DNA of 64,000 nucleotides, from the NCBI RefSeq assembly GCF_964213995.1, contig NW_027590139.1, positions 744,001 to 808,000 on the forward strand, given 5' to 3'. This document shows positions 1 through 11,778 of this stretch, one piece after another (the stretch's first letter is position 1; the number at the start of each line of letters is the position of its first letter). Both the position numbers and the translations under genes were made by a program. The notes below the pieces were generated by a model, which was not told the origin of the DNA, ran no database searches, and saw only the letters and a program-made list of their open reading frames with translations. This stretch comes from Mustelus asterias (taxonomy: Eukaryota).

Positions 1-1310
1 GCCTTCAGCCCAACTTGTCCATGCTGCCCCTTTTTTTAAACCCCGAAACTAGTCCCAATTGCCCGCATTTGGCCCATATCCCTCTATACCCATCATACCC
101 ATGTAACTATCTAAATGCTTTTCAAAAGACAAAATTGTACCTGCCACTACTACTACCTCTGGCAGTTTGCTCAAGACACTCTCCACCCTCTGTATGAAAA
201 TATTGCCCCTCTGGACCCTTTGTATCTCTCCCTTCTCACCTGAAATCTATGCCCTCTCGTTTTAGACTCCCCTACCTTTGCAAAAAGATATTGACTATCT
301 AGCTGATTTATGGCCCTCATTATTTTATAGACCGCTATAAGATCACCCCTATGCCTCCTGCGCTCCAGAAAAAAAATTCCCAGTCTATCCAGTCTCTCCT
401 TATAACCATCAAATCCCAGTAGCATCCTCGTAAATCTTTTCTGCACTCTTTCTCGTTTAATAACAACCTTTCTATAATAGGGTGACCAGAACTGCACACA
501 GTATTCCAAGTGTGGCCTTGCACAAGTCTTGTACAACTTCAACAAGACGTCCCAACTCCTGTATTTAATGTTCTGACCAATGAAACCAAGCATGCCGAAT
601 GCCTTCTTCACCACTCTACCTATGAACCTGTACCCCTAGATCTCTTTGTTCTGTAACTCTCCCCAATGCCCTACCATTAACTGAGTAAGTCCTGTCCCGG
701 TTCAATCTACAAAAATGCATCACCTCGCATTTATCAAAATTAAACTCCATCTGCCATTCACCAGCCCACTGGCCCAATTGATCAAGATCCCGATGCAATC
801 CTAGGTAACCTTCTTCACTGTCCACTATGCCACCAATCCTGGTGTCATCTGCAAACTTACTAACCATACTGCAAACTTACTAACCATGCCTACTAAATTC
901 CCATCCACATCATGAATATAAATGACAAATAACAGTGGACCCAACACCGATCCCTGAGGCACACGGCTGGTCACAGGCCTCCAGTTTGAAAAACAACCAT
1001 CTACAACCACCCTCTGTCTTCTGTCATCAAGCCAGTTTTGTACCTATTTGGCTACCTCATCCTGGATCCCGTGAAATTACCCTTATGCAACAACTTACCA
1101 TTTGATACCTTGTCAAAGGCCTTGCTAAAGTCCATGTAAAGAACATTAACTGCACTGCCCTCATCTAACTTCTTGGTTACCCATTCAAAAAACTCAATCA
1201 AATTTGAGAGACATGATTTTCCACTCCAAAGCCATGCTGACTGTTTCTAATCAGTCCTTGCCTCTCTGCATGCCTGTAGATCCTGTCTCTCAAAATACCT
1301 TCCAACAACT
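1..1310 (-). mobile_element. CR1/HER1-type LINE, 3' part of ORF2 (RT and C-terminus) with 3' UTR, degraded
   Basis: Minus-strand fragments VPQGSVLGPLLFVIYI, SKFADDT and RPHLEYCVQFWSP, with frameshifts; 20-bp internal tandem duplication near 849-888. Confidence 0.92.
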
Positions 1311-1639
1311 TGTTGGAAGTGTTGTTTACTCTTATGGGAGAATCTCGGGGTCACTGTTTAAACAAGTGTTGCGCATAGAGACAGATTAGATATTTTTCAC
1401 ACAGTGGGTCGTGAATCTTTGGATCTCCATTCCTCAAAAGTAGATATATATCTCTTGGGGCAAAAGGGATATTATGGGGGGATGGGTGGGACAAGGGTAT
1501 TGAATTTGAGGATCAGCCATGACCATAATGAATGGCAGGGAACGTTCAAAGGGCTGAATGGTCTACTTCCGCTTCTATTTTCTATGCATGTTTCTATGTA
1601 AACATGAGGAGCTTGGGGCTGAAGTGTAACCAAAAGGTC

Positions 1640-2865
1640 ATACGACATAGGAGCAGAATTAGGCCACTCGGCCCATCGAGGCTGCTTCACCATTCAGTCA
1701 TGGGCTGATATTTTTCTCATCCCCATTCTCCTACCTTTTCCCCATAACCCCTGATCCACTTATTAATCAAGAACCTATCTATCTCTGTCTTAAAGACACT
1801 CAAAGACCTGGCCTCCACAGCCTTCTGTGGCAAAGAGTTCCACAGATTCACCACTCTCTGGTGGGCCAGTGGGCTGACGAATGGCAGATGGAATTTAATT
1901 TCGACAAATGCGAAGTGATGCATTTTGGTAGATTGAACCAGGACAGGACTTACTCAGTTAATGGTAGGGCGTTGGGGAGAGTTACAGAACTAAGAGATCT
2001 AGGGGTACATGTTCATAGCTCCTTGAAAGTGGAGTCACAGGTGGACAGAGTGGTGAAGAAGGCATTCGGCATGCTTGGTTTCATCGGTCAGAACATTGAA
2101 TACAGGAGTTGGGACGTCTTGTTGAAGTTGTACAAGACATTGGTAAGGCCACACTTGGAATACTGTGTGCAATTCTGGTCACCCTATTATAGAAAGGATA
2201 TTATTAAACTAGAAAGAGTGCAGAAAAGATTTAGTAGGATGCTACCGGGACTTGATGGATTGAGTATAAGGAGAGGCTGAATGGACTGGAACTTTTTTCT
2301 CTGGAGCGTAGGAGGCTGAGGGGTGATCTTATAGAAGTCTATAAAATAATGAGGGGCATAGACAAGGTAGATAGTCAATATCTTTTCCCAAAGGTAGGGG
2401 AGTCTAAAACTAGAGGGCATAGGTTTAAGGTGAGAGGGGAGAGATACAAAAGTGTCCAGAGGGGCAATTTGTTCACACAGAGGGTGGTGAGTGTCTGGGA
2501 CAAGCTGTGGGTACAATTGTATCTTTTAAAAAGCATTTAGGTAGTTACATGGGTGCGATGGGAATAGAGGGATGTGGGCCAAATGCAGGCAATTGGGATT
2601 AGCTTCAGGGGTTTTAAAAAAAAGGGCAGCATGGACAAGTTGGGCCGAAGGGCCTGTTTCCATGCTGTAAACCTCAATGACTCTGGCTGAAGAAATTCTT
2701 CCTCATCTCTGTTTGAAAGGAACATCCCTTTAGTCTGAGGTTGTGCCCTCTGGTTCTAGTTTTATCTACTCGTGGAAACATCCTCTCCATGTCCACTCTG
2801 TCCAGGCCACGCTGTACCCTGTAAGTTTCAATAAATTCCTCCTCAACCTTCTAAACTCCAACAAG
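1640..2865 (-). mobile_element. CR1 LINE 3' fragment, split by a nested CR1
   Basis: QRVVNLWNSLPQKAVEA motif; host sequence CACTCTCTG|GCTGAAGAAATTC resumes at about 2681. Confidence 0.75.
1861..2686 (+). mobile_element. 5'-truncated CR1/HER1 LINE nested in an older CR1
   Basis: WQMEFNFDKCEVMHFG...RPHLEYCVQFWSP and CR1 3' UTR; CTCTGG occurs at both junctions. Confidence 0.92.
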
Positions 2866-2939
2866 CCGTGTAACCGCTTCAGGTAAGTATTCCGGGATGC
2901 AACCTCTCATACTGAATATGTACATGACCCATTAACTTC

Positions 2940-3960
2940 TCTCGGCTGCAAACGTGAGGTGCAGCCTGGGAGTGGGTGAAGCTGTTTGAAAATCTGATGC
3001 TCAAATTTAGTCATTTTTCCGAGCACTAGGACCCGGTGGGAGCAGAAACACAAAGACCCGCCCCCTCACGGTTGCGTCACCAAGACACCAGCGCATGCGC
3101 TCTGCTCCCTGCTCAATCAAGATGGCGGCTGTTAACCTGAGCTTCGTCTCGGGAAAAAGACCCGAAACTGCAAACACGGGACCTACGGGCTCATATTCGA
3201 TGTTTGAGGCCTTTAACAGGTATTTAGAAACCGTCTACGTCCATCCGCCTGTTCGATTGCTCCCTCTATGTTTCTGCATCCTTACCGGCTGCTGATGAGA
3301 CAGAGGAACTTCTCTCCAGTCGCTGTCACCCGCACTGCGCGTGCTGCAAACGCCTTTGCTTACCGCGCATGCGCACTTCTCCCATGCGTGGAACAGGGAA
3401 CTCTTCCGATTGGTCCGGAGCTGCGCATGTTTCAGGTTCCGCCCCTCATTCACTCCGATTGATTGGAGGACCAGCCGCTCCTGCTCGGTCCTCCAGTCCC
3501 GCCCCCTCTTCCGATTGGTTCGGAGCTGCCGTCAATCAGTCACCTGGGCATTGTGATGTGGAGCATGCGCAGTGTCATTGCTGGCCTTGGCGCTTGTTTG
3601 TCCCGGAGAAGCGGAGTCAGCGTTAGGCGGTGGCTGGGAGGATTTGGAAACACTTTGTGGATCCGCAAACCCTTCAGAATCATTGTCAGCTCCCTGGTTT
3701 GCAGCTGCGGGGCTTCTCCCTCCCTCCCTCCCGGGAACAGGCCCAGGTTAACGGCCCCATCCTGGCTCAGCCACTGGAGGATGGTTCACATCAGAGGATG
3801 GGGGAGGGGGACAATAAATAAGAGGTTACACTTTGGCCTCAAATCAATGAGGACTCTGATCTCTGGGAAGGAAGGAAACCCTGGGAGGTGGGCGGGGAGG
3901 ATTCACAAACACCCGCTGGAGGCCCCAACATCCCCAATAAGACCCATTGGTTTTATTGTC
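2940..3960. promoter_or_regulatory. CpG-rich, probably bidirectional promoter and first-exon cassette upstream of Z1
   Basis: NRF1 palindrome GCGCATGCGC at 3091 and 3365, YY1 motif CAAGATGGCGGC at 3118, repeated ATTGG and CCGCCC; inverted paralogues at 22.6-23.1 kb and 52.9-54.05 kb. Confidence 0.75.
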
Positions 3961-3993
3961 AGTCTGCAGACAGCAGCTGGAGAACTGAATCCA

Positions 3994-4871
3994 CAGTAAG
4001 AGTTTTAACAACACCAGGTTAAAGTCCAACAGGTTTATTTGGCAGCAAATGCCATTAGCTTTCGGAGCGCTGCTCCTTTGTCCGATTGAGTGGATATCTG
4101 CTCTCAAACAGGGCATACAGAGACAGAAAATCAAGTTACAGAATACTGATTAGAATGCGAATCTTTACAGCTAATCAGGTCTTAAAGATACAGACAGTGT
4201 GAGTGGAGGGAGCATTAGGCACAGGTTAATGAAATGAGTATTGTCTCCAGACAGGACAGCCAGTGAGATTCTGCAAGTCCAGGAGGCAAGCTGTGGGGGT
4301 TACCGATAGTGTGACATGAACCCAACATCCCGGTTTAGGTCGCCCTCATGTGTGCGGAACTTGGCTCTCAGTTCTGCTCAGCGACTCTGCGCTGTCGTGT
4401 GTCGTGAAGGCCGCCTTGGAGAATGCTTACCCGAAGATCAGAGGCTGAATGCCCATGACCGCTGAAGTGTTCCCCAACAGGAAATGAACGGTCTTGCCTG
4501 GTGATTGTCGAGCCGTGTTCATTCAGCCGTTGTCGTAGCATGGTTTCCCCAATGTACTATGCCTCGGGGCATCCTTTCCTGCAGCGTATTAGGTAGACAA
4601 TGTTGGCCGAGTTGCAAGAGTAGGTACCGTGTATCAGGTAGATGGTGTTCTCACGTGAGACGATGGCATCCGTGTCGATGATCCGGCACGTCTTGCAGAG
4701 GTTGCTGTGGCAGGGTTGTGTGGTGTCGTGGTCGCTGTTCTCCTGAAGGCTGGTTAGTTTGCTGCGGACAATGGTCTGTTTGAGGTTGTGCGGTTGTTTG
4801 AAGGCAAGAAGTGGGGGTGTGGGGATGGTCTTGACGAGATGTTCGTCTTCATCAATGACATGTCATTGATC
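3994..4871 (-). mobile_element. Penelope-like element (family 1): GIY-YIG endonuclease region plus pseudo-LTR
   Basis: Minus strand reads PCHSNLCKTC...SCNSANIVYLIRCRKGCPEA*YIGET...VGEHFS; 13-bp target-site duplication AGAACTGAATCCA at 3981-3993 and 4872-4884; degenerate hammerhead near 4062-4088. Confidence 0.9.
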
Positions 4872-5464
4872 AGAACTGAATCCAGACAGAGGAGAGGGAG
4901 GGAGGGAGAAAACTGGGAATGGAGGAAAAGAATGTTGGAGATGATGAGATGGGTTTGGATTTCAGCCCAGGGAGGAGGGAGAGTGTGTGGAATGGGGATT
5001 TACAGGTTTGGGGAACAAGCGGAAAAAATGTTCCAGAGAAACTAGAATTGTCTGTTCAGAATTTCTATCCTGGACTGACAGTAGTTTTGTTATCTTCTTT
5101 TGCAGGATATTTGAAGGGGAAGATTTACAGACTGGAAACTCAAATCAAATTTCATACGAATATTTTACAATCATTCGATTTATCAGCACCTAAACTCAAT
5201 TAGCCTTTGAATGTGGAAGGAAAAATGTTTGTTCTGCCTGTGGGAAAATATTTCAAACATCAGTGTGACTGGAGAAGCATCGAGACACATGGACACACTG
5301 GAGTGAGACTGTTCCAGTGAACTGACTGTGGAAAGAGCTTTACCCAGTTACGCAGCCTGAAAAACATCACACCATTCACTGTCAGGTGAAACCGTACACG
5401 TGTTCTGTGTGGACAAGGATTTAACAGATCATCCAACCTGGAGAGACACAAAGACACCAGCACC

Positions 5465-6739
5465 ATGGAGAAACAGTGGAAATGTGAAGACTGTGGAAAA
5501 GTTTGTAAAACCCCATCTCAGCTGGAAATTCATCGATGCTGTCACACTGGGGAGAGACCATTCATCTGCTGTATGTGTGGTAAAGGATTCGCTCAGTCAT
5601 TTAGCCTGGTGTCACACCAGCGAGTTCACACTGAGGACAGACCTTTTAAATGCTCTGACTGTGGGAACAGTTTTAAGAGTTCTGAGGGTTTAATTCACCA
5701 TCAACGGGTTCACACTGGCGAGAGACCATTCAATTGCTCTCAATGTGGGAAGAACTTCAGGCAAGTATCTCACCTCACTGAACACCTACGTGTTCACACT
5801 GGGGAGAAACCCTTCACCTGCTCCATGTGTGGGAAGGGATTCACTTGTGCTTCCCACCTCACTGAACACAAGCGTGTTCACACTGGGGAGAGACCATTCA
5901 GCTGCTCTCAGTGTGGGAAACATTTCAGGCAGTATTCCACCCTCACTGAACACAAGCGTGTTCACACTGGGGAGAGACCGTTTGTTTGCTCCTTTTGTGG
6001 GAAAGGATTTGTTAAATCATCCCATCTTCTCAGACACCAGCGCATCCACACTGGAGAGAGACCATTCACCTGCGCTGAGTGTGGGAAGAGATTCACTACG
6101 ACATCTCACCTCGGTGAACACCAGAGTCTTCACACTGGGGAGAAACCTTTCACCTGCTCCCTATGTGGCAAGGGATTCACATGTTTATCCTACCTCAGAA
6201 GACACAAAATTGTTCACTCCGATGAGAGACCCTGTAAATGTTCTGACTGTGGGAAGAGGTTTAAAAGCAGAAATGAACTGATGAAACACCAGCCTCTTCA
6301 CACAGGGGAGAGGCCGTTTGCTTGCTCTGTGTGTGGGAAGGGATTCACTCAGTCATCACAGCTCAGCAACCATCAGCTTGTTCACACTGATAAGAGACCA
6401 TTTAAATGCTCTGACTGTGGAAAGAGCTTTAAAAGTGCAGGGAATCTGCAGAGACACCAAACCACTCACACTGAGAGAGGCTGTTCAGCTGCTCTTCATC
6501 TGGGAACTGATTCACTACTTCATCCCAAATCACTGAACACCTGCGGGTTCACACTGGTGGGAGGACATTCCTCTGATTTGAGTGTGGGAAGGGATTCACT
6601 GTCATCCAGCCTGCTAAAACACCAGTGCACTCCCACTGAGGGAGCATGTTCACCTGCTCCGTGTGTGACAGGGGATTCAATCAGTTCAGCAGCTTTATTT
6701 CACATCAACTTGTTCAGACCGAAAAATAAATGGTTTTGA
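5465..6739 (+). CDS. Z1: C2H2 zinc-finger protein, 12 intact fingers followed by a frameshifted tail
   Basis: CxxC-x12-HxxxH repeats with TGERPF linkers; Kozak context caccATGG; splice acceptor ttttgcag ending at 5105. Confidence 0.85.
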   Translation: MEKQWKCEDCGKVCKTPSQLEIHRCCHTGERPFICCMCGKGFAQSFSLVSHQRVHTEDRPFKCSDCGNSFKSSEGLIHHQRVHTGERPFNCSQCGKNFRQVSHLTEHLRVHTGEKPFTCSMCGKGFTCASHLTEHKRVHTGERPFSCSQCGKHFRQYSTLTEHKRVHTGERPFVCSFCGKGFVKSSHLLRHQRIHTGERPFTCAECGKRFTTTSHLGEHQSLHTGEKPFTCSLCGKGFTCLSYLRRHKIVHSDERPCKCSDCGKRFKSRNELMKHQPLHTGERPFACSVCGKGFTQSSQLSNHQLVHTDKRPFKCSDCGKSFKSAGNLQRHQTTHTERGCSAALHLGTDSLLHPKSLNTCGFTLVGGHSSDLSVGRDSLSSSLLKHQCTPTEGACSPAPCVTGDSISSAALFHINLFRPKNKWF

Positions 6740-6930
6740 TGTTCTGATTGTGACGAGATTTAAAAGTGCAATGGATCTGCTGCAACACAAGCACAACACT
6801 GAGCAGAGGCTGTTTACCTGCTCCATGTGTGGGAAGGGATTCACTCAGTCATTGTATCTCAGTAAATATCAACTTGTTCACAATGAGAAGAGACTGTTTA
6901 AATGCTTGGACTGTGAGAAGAGGTTTAAAA
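6476..6930 (+). pseudogene. Decayed 3' fingers of Z1
   Basis: Out-of-frame finger remnants ([25 protein letters not shown]) cut by an L2 tail. Confidence 0.75.
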
Positions 6931-7050
6931 GCTCCCTCCCTAACAGCACCGTGTACCTGTACCACAGGGACTGCAGTGATTGAAGAAGGCAGCTCACCAC
7001 CACCTTCACAAGAGTAATGAGGAAGGGGCAATAAATGCTGGCCTGAGCAT
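6931..7050 (+). mobile_element. L2-type LINE/SINE 3' tail remnant
   Basis: AAGAAGGCAGCTCACCACCACCTT...GGCAATAAATGCTGGCC, also seen in the tail of the SINE at 18.0-18.4 kb. Confidence 0.6.
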
Positions 7051-7150
7051 TTGAAAAATGGAAAGAAGTCATCGGTGATTTTTCACTCAGTTATTAAGAA
7101 GCAACAGTTTAGATATGATACATAAAAGACATACAACCTGTAATAGGTAA

Positions 7151-7318
7151 GATCCCGGATGAAGGAAATACTGATCTCCGCTAATCGCTGGAGGTGATAT
7201 TCTCCTCGGAAGGGTTTACTGATCCCGGATCAGGGGGATACTGATCTCCGTGTCTGGAGGTGATATTCTCCTCGGAATGGTTTACTGATCCCGGATCAGA
7301 AGGATGCCGATCTCCTGT
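7151..7318. repeat. About 2.5 copies of a roughly 66-bp tandem repeat with internal palindromes
   Basis: Unit CTGGAGGTGATATTCTCCTCGGAAKGGTTTACTGATCCCGGATCAG... Confidence 0.85.
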
Positions 7319-7529
7319 CTCAGTCACCTTTAGCCACTTTGAAAAGCTCTTTGTTGTTTGAAGTGATTTCCCCACACAAAATTCCATTTATGTAGCTTAT
7401 TTCTGTGGCGGCGGGGGAGGGGGGGGGCGCGGGGTGGTGGTGTGGTGGCTCGTGTTGGTGTTTATGTCAATCATTTATTTAATTATCATTTGCAAGGGAC
7501 AGATGTTCAGTGAATTCCCTGCTATTTCC

Positions 7530-8355
7530 ATTCGAGTCAGAGAGGTTTACAGCATGGAAACAGGCCCTTTGGCCCAACTTGTTCATGTCGCCCCTTTTTT
7601 TAACCACAAAGCCAGTCCCAATTGCCCGCATTTGGCCCACATCCCTCTATACCCATCTTACCCATGTAACCACTTTTTAAAACACAAAATTGTACCCGCC
7701 TCTACTACTAATCTGGCAGCTTGTTCCAGATGCTTACCATCCTCTGTGAAAAAATTGCCCCTCTGGACCCTCTTGTATCTCTCCTCTCTCAATTTAAACC
7801 TATGCCCTCTAGTTTTAGACTCCCCTACCTTTGGGAAAAAATATTGACTATCGAGCTGATCTGTGCCCCTCATTATTTTATAGACCTCTATAAGATCACC
7901 CCTCAGCCTTCTACGCTCCAGAGAAAAATGTCACAGTTTATCCAGCCTCTCCTTATATCTCAAACCATCAAATCTCAGTAGCATCCTAGTAAATCTTTTC
8001 TGCACTCTTCCTAGTTTAATAATATCCTTTCTATAATAGGGTGACCAGAACTGTACACAGTATTCCAAGTGTGGCCTTATCAATGTCTTGTACAACTTCA
8101 ATAAGATGTCTCAACTCCTGGATTCAATGTTCTGACCGATGAAACCAAGCATGCCGAATGCCTTCTTCACCACTCTGTCCACCTGTGACTCCACTTTCAA
8201 GGAGCTATGAACCTGTACCCCTAGATCTCTTTGTTCTATAACTCTCCCCAATGCCCAACCATTAACTGAGTAAGTCCTGCCCTGTTTTGATCTATCAAAA
8301 TGCATCACTTCACATTTATCTAAATTAAACTCCATCTGCCATTCGTCAGCCCATT
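7530..8355 (-). mobile_element. 5'-truncated CR1/HER1 LINE
   Basis: MEFNLDKCEVMHF...VKKAFGMLGFIGQ; FPKVGESKTRGHRFK. Confidence 0.92.
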
Positions 8356-8854
8356 GGAAGTCTCTTCAGTCACTTTGTGGTTCATTGCTTGCTGCGACAT
8401 CCTGTTTAACCTTTATGTAGTGAGTTTACATATAGGCCATGATCACCCCACCCTACCAAGTTTGTCTTGTTTCAGGTCTGTGCTGGAGAGACGCTTTTGG
8501 TTGGGATAAACAGTCTACACTGTCCTATAAATTCAATACATTTAAGACTGATTAAGTGGCAATTGTTTCCTGATTTCCCCATCCTTATTCACTTCTCACA
8601 AATGATTTCTGATTAACCCAGTAATTCCTAAACCACGAGCTTGTTTTAATTTCTTGATTACATATCATCGATATGTAATCAAGACGCTACTCGAATGATC
8701 AGAATCAGCAATACAAACCCTTGAGCTTCCAGCAAGACTAAATGTAAAATATAGTACAAGTACATTTTTCACTCAGTAATTAGAACATTTCATTTTTCTC
8801 AGCGCAGCAGCTGGCAGCATTTTAGATTCAATACCAATTGTTCACTTCTCTTCT

Positions 8855-9235
8855 AGCTGGGTCATCCAGGCTGGAAACGTTGGCTCTATTCTCTCTCCAC
8901 AGAAGCTATCAGACCGGCCGAGATTTTTCAGCATTGTCAGTTTTTGAATTTCTTGATATCAGCTGGTCCAGTGATTATTGGCACAGTATCGCGCTGTTTT
9001 TACACATTTTTCCTGGCTATTTTCAAGTGACACAGTGTTCCAGCTGTTGGGTTTATGTTGTACCATCAAGTAGACTTTGCTTTTTGCTTCAATGACACGT
9101 CATCTCTGCTGAATGGATCTCAAACCAGTCTTTGTTGTGTGTGGGGTCATCTGGACCCGAAACGTCAGCTCTTTTCTCTCCTTACAGATGCTGCCAGACC
9201 TGCTGACATTTTCCAGCATTTTCTCTTTTGGTTTG
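8855..9235 (+). mobile_element. Two pLTR remnants of a second Penelope-like family (8855-8945 and 9143-9235)
   Basis: GGGTCATCTGGACCCGAAACGTCAGCTC...ACAGATGCTGCCAGACCTGCTGA; the same tail follows PLE coding sequence at 31.5-31.75 kb. Confidence 0.6.
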
Positions 9236-9779
9236 TTGTGTGTTCCACCTTTACCAAATGTTGCTGCTGCTGTGTCAGAAATTATTGAACTCAGCGACTT
9301 TCCAGTTGCATCAATATCAATGTTGATTGTTAAAGTTTTAATTGATGTGTCTGTAAAATATTTCACTATTTTGTTCAATTTTCCTTGATAATTTCATTTC
9401 AGAATGGGAATGTCACTGTGAAGAACGTGTAAATCAGTAATTGTCAGCAAGGATTAATCAACACTTTCTAATTGGAGATGTTAATTAATGGACCCTTTTA
9501 AACATTGACTTCTGGATTTTGTATCAATTTAGGATTGAAGTAAAAGTTTATAATTTTATTGTAAACCAGTTCCTGAATTCTTGAATTTAGGAGAAAGATC
9601 ACAGAATGTGCGTTTAAAAAGGGACATTGCAGCCCCGAAAATCAGTGACATTTCCAGAATATTGAACTCCAGCCACAGGGTTTGTTAACATCAGCAAAAT
9701 CAAATCAGATATTGTCAGATTATCAATCCTGAATGTGATAAACAGCAGCACTAACAACAGCAGAATTCAATCCCTTCAG

Positions 9780-10851
9780 TCACTTTTGAACTCGCTGATG
9801 TCTCCGCTCTTTAGCTGCCTCCGTGAATCCCTTCCCCCACACACAGCAGATAAATGGCCTATCCCCGGTATGAATTCACTGGTGTACCATCAAGTTGGAG
9901 GACTTTGTGAATCCCTTCCCACATATAGAGCAGATAAATGGCCTCTCCCCAGTGTGAGCTCGCTGGTGTTCAATGAGGTTGGATGAAGATCTGAAATTCT
10001 TCCCACAGGCACTGCAGTTGAATGGCCTCTCCTGAGTGTGAACTTCCTGGTGGTACTGGAGGCTGGATAACTGGGCAAATTCCTCCCCACACACGGAGCA
10101 GGTGTACGGCTTCTCCCCAGTGTGAATTCACTGGTGCGCAGTGAGGTTGGCTGAGGACCTGAACCTCTTTCCACAGTGAATGCAGTCTTCTCGGGTCTCT
10201 TTCCTGTGCTGTACTGTTCTTTTTTCTTTGTTCTTTGAGTTCAGAAATCGGGAGATAATGCTGCAGCTGTATAGGATCCTGGTCAGACCCCACCTGGAGT
10301 ACTGTGCCCAGTTCTGGTCGCCTCATTACAGAAAGGATGTGGAAGCCATAGAACGGGTGCAGAGGAGATTTACGAGGATGTTGCTGGGATTAAGTGGTAT
10401 GCCTGATGAGGATAGGTTGAGAGAGCTAGGTCTATTCTCCTTGGAGAGGCGAAGGATGAGAGGTGACCACTTAGAGGTATATAAGATGTTGAGAGGTATT
10501 GATAGAGTGGATTCTCAGAGGCTTTTACCCAGGGCTGAAATGGTTGTCACGAGAGGCCACAGGTTTAGGGTGCTGGGGAGTCGGTACAGAGGAGATGTTA
10601 GGGGTAAGTTTTTCACTCAGAGAGTGGTGGGTGCGTGGAATCGGCTGCTGGTAGTGGTGGTGGAAGCGGATTCGATTGAGTCTTTTAAGAGACTTTTGGA
10701 TAGGTTCATGGAGGTTAGTAAGATAGAGGGTTATAGATGAGCCTAGAAGGTAAGGAAATTGTTCGGCGCAACTTGTGGGCCGAAGGGCCTGTTTGTGCTG
10801 TCGCTTTTCTATGTTCTATGTTCTATGTTCTCCTCAGTGTGAATAAGCTGG
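9780..10851 (-). pseudogene. Z2: 3' end of a C2H2 ZNF gene (about 5 fingers) with two in-frame TGA stops, a CR1 insertion and no 5' part
   Basis: HQ*IH stops at 10128-10130 and 9876-9878; the linker QLIHTEE|RP is split by the CR1; the upstream end abuts promoter DNA. Confidence 0.88.
10235..10830 (+). mobile_element. 5'-truncated CR1 LINE inserted in Z2
   Basis: MLQLYRILVRPHLEYCAQFWSPHY...; tail (TTCTATG)n at about 10807-10830. Confidence 0.92.
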
Positions 10852-11320
10852 CCCTCCAACCAATCAGAGTGAATGAGGGGGCGGGGCTTGGCTGTGAGTG
10901 AAGCATGCGCAGTCTAGTTAATGGCGACGGAGACAAGCTTTTGTTCCTTGGATCTGCCATCCGTAACGGAGAGAATGGCGAGACGAAGGGAACCACGGAT
11001 CAGGTGAGTGACTGGATACGTAACGTAAACACGTTACATGAACCGCAAATACGGAAAAATATCCCACCGTTTCCCGCGAACCGTTGCCCCCTCCCTGCAG
11101 CAGGGGCCGCAGCTTTCTCACAGAGCTGGGCTCAGCGGCCGCTATCTTTATCCAGGCATTAGCAGAAGAGCGCATGCGCGGCTCCATCTTTGTTCGGGGC
11201 AGGAGCAGCAGAATGTGTCCATCGCCGCCACCTTTGTTGGGGGCAACAATTTTGATTATCTCCAAGTGAGAATCTCTATTCGCCTGCTTCACTCTGTCAC
11301 TTCCAGTTTCTTACTGATGA
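10851..11320 (+). promoter_or_regulatory. CpG-rich promoter and first exon of Z3
   Basis: CCAAT, GGGGCGGGG, GCATGCGCA, TAATGGCG, splice donor CAG|GTGAGT near 11003, NRF1 palindrome at 11170; homologous to 53990-54060. Confidence 0.7.
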
Positions 11321-11778
11321 GGCAGAACAATGATATATATCCAGGGCAGTCACCATTATTTGTATTTATATTGTGCATGAATAGAATTAAACTTTTAAAG
11401 ACATTTCAGAGAAATGTTATGAAATAACAATTGACATTGAGCCACATGACGAGATATTAGGTTTTAAAGAGAATCTTAACTGAGAAAAGTGAGGTGGCGA
11501 ATCAGAGAGGTTTAAGGAGGAAATTCCAGAGCTTCTGAAATAGGCAAAATCAGTAATGATGGAACGATTAAAATCAGGAATGCTCAAGTGGTCAAAATTA
11601 GATGAGTGCAAAGATCTCGGAGGGTGTGGGCCTGGAGGAGATTACAGAGATTGGGATGATTGCAACCATGGAGGAAAACAAGGATAAGAAATTTACAATC
11701 TTGGTGCATCTTAAAATGAAGCATTGTATTTCAGTGAGCATTTGTTTGTAGATCAGCATTCGTCAATATATGTGCCAT

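Noticed and set aside
3463-3999. 178-aa GC-rich ORF, with a similar one at 52768-53233
   Set aside because: The frame is not preserved between the two near-identical promoter copies; explained by CpG-island composition.
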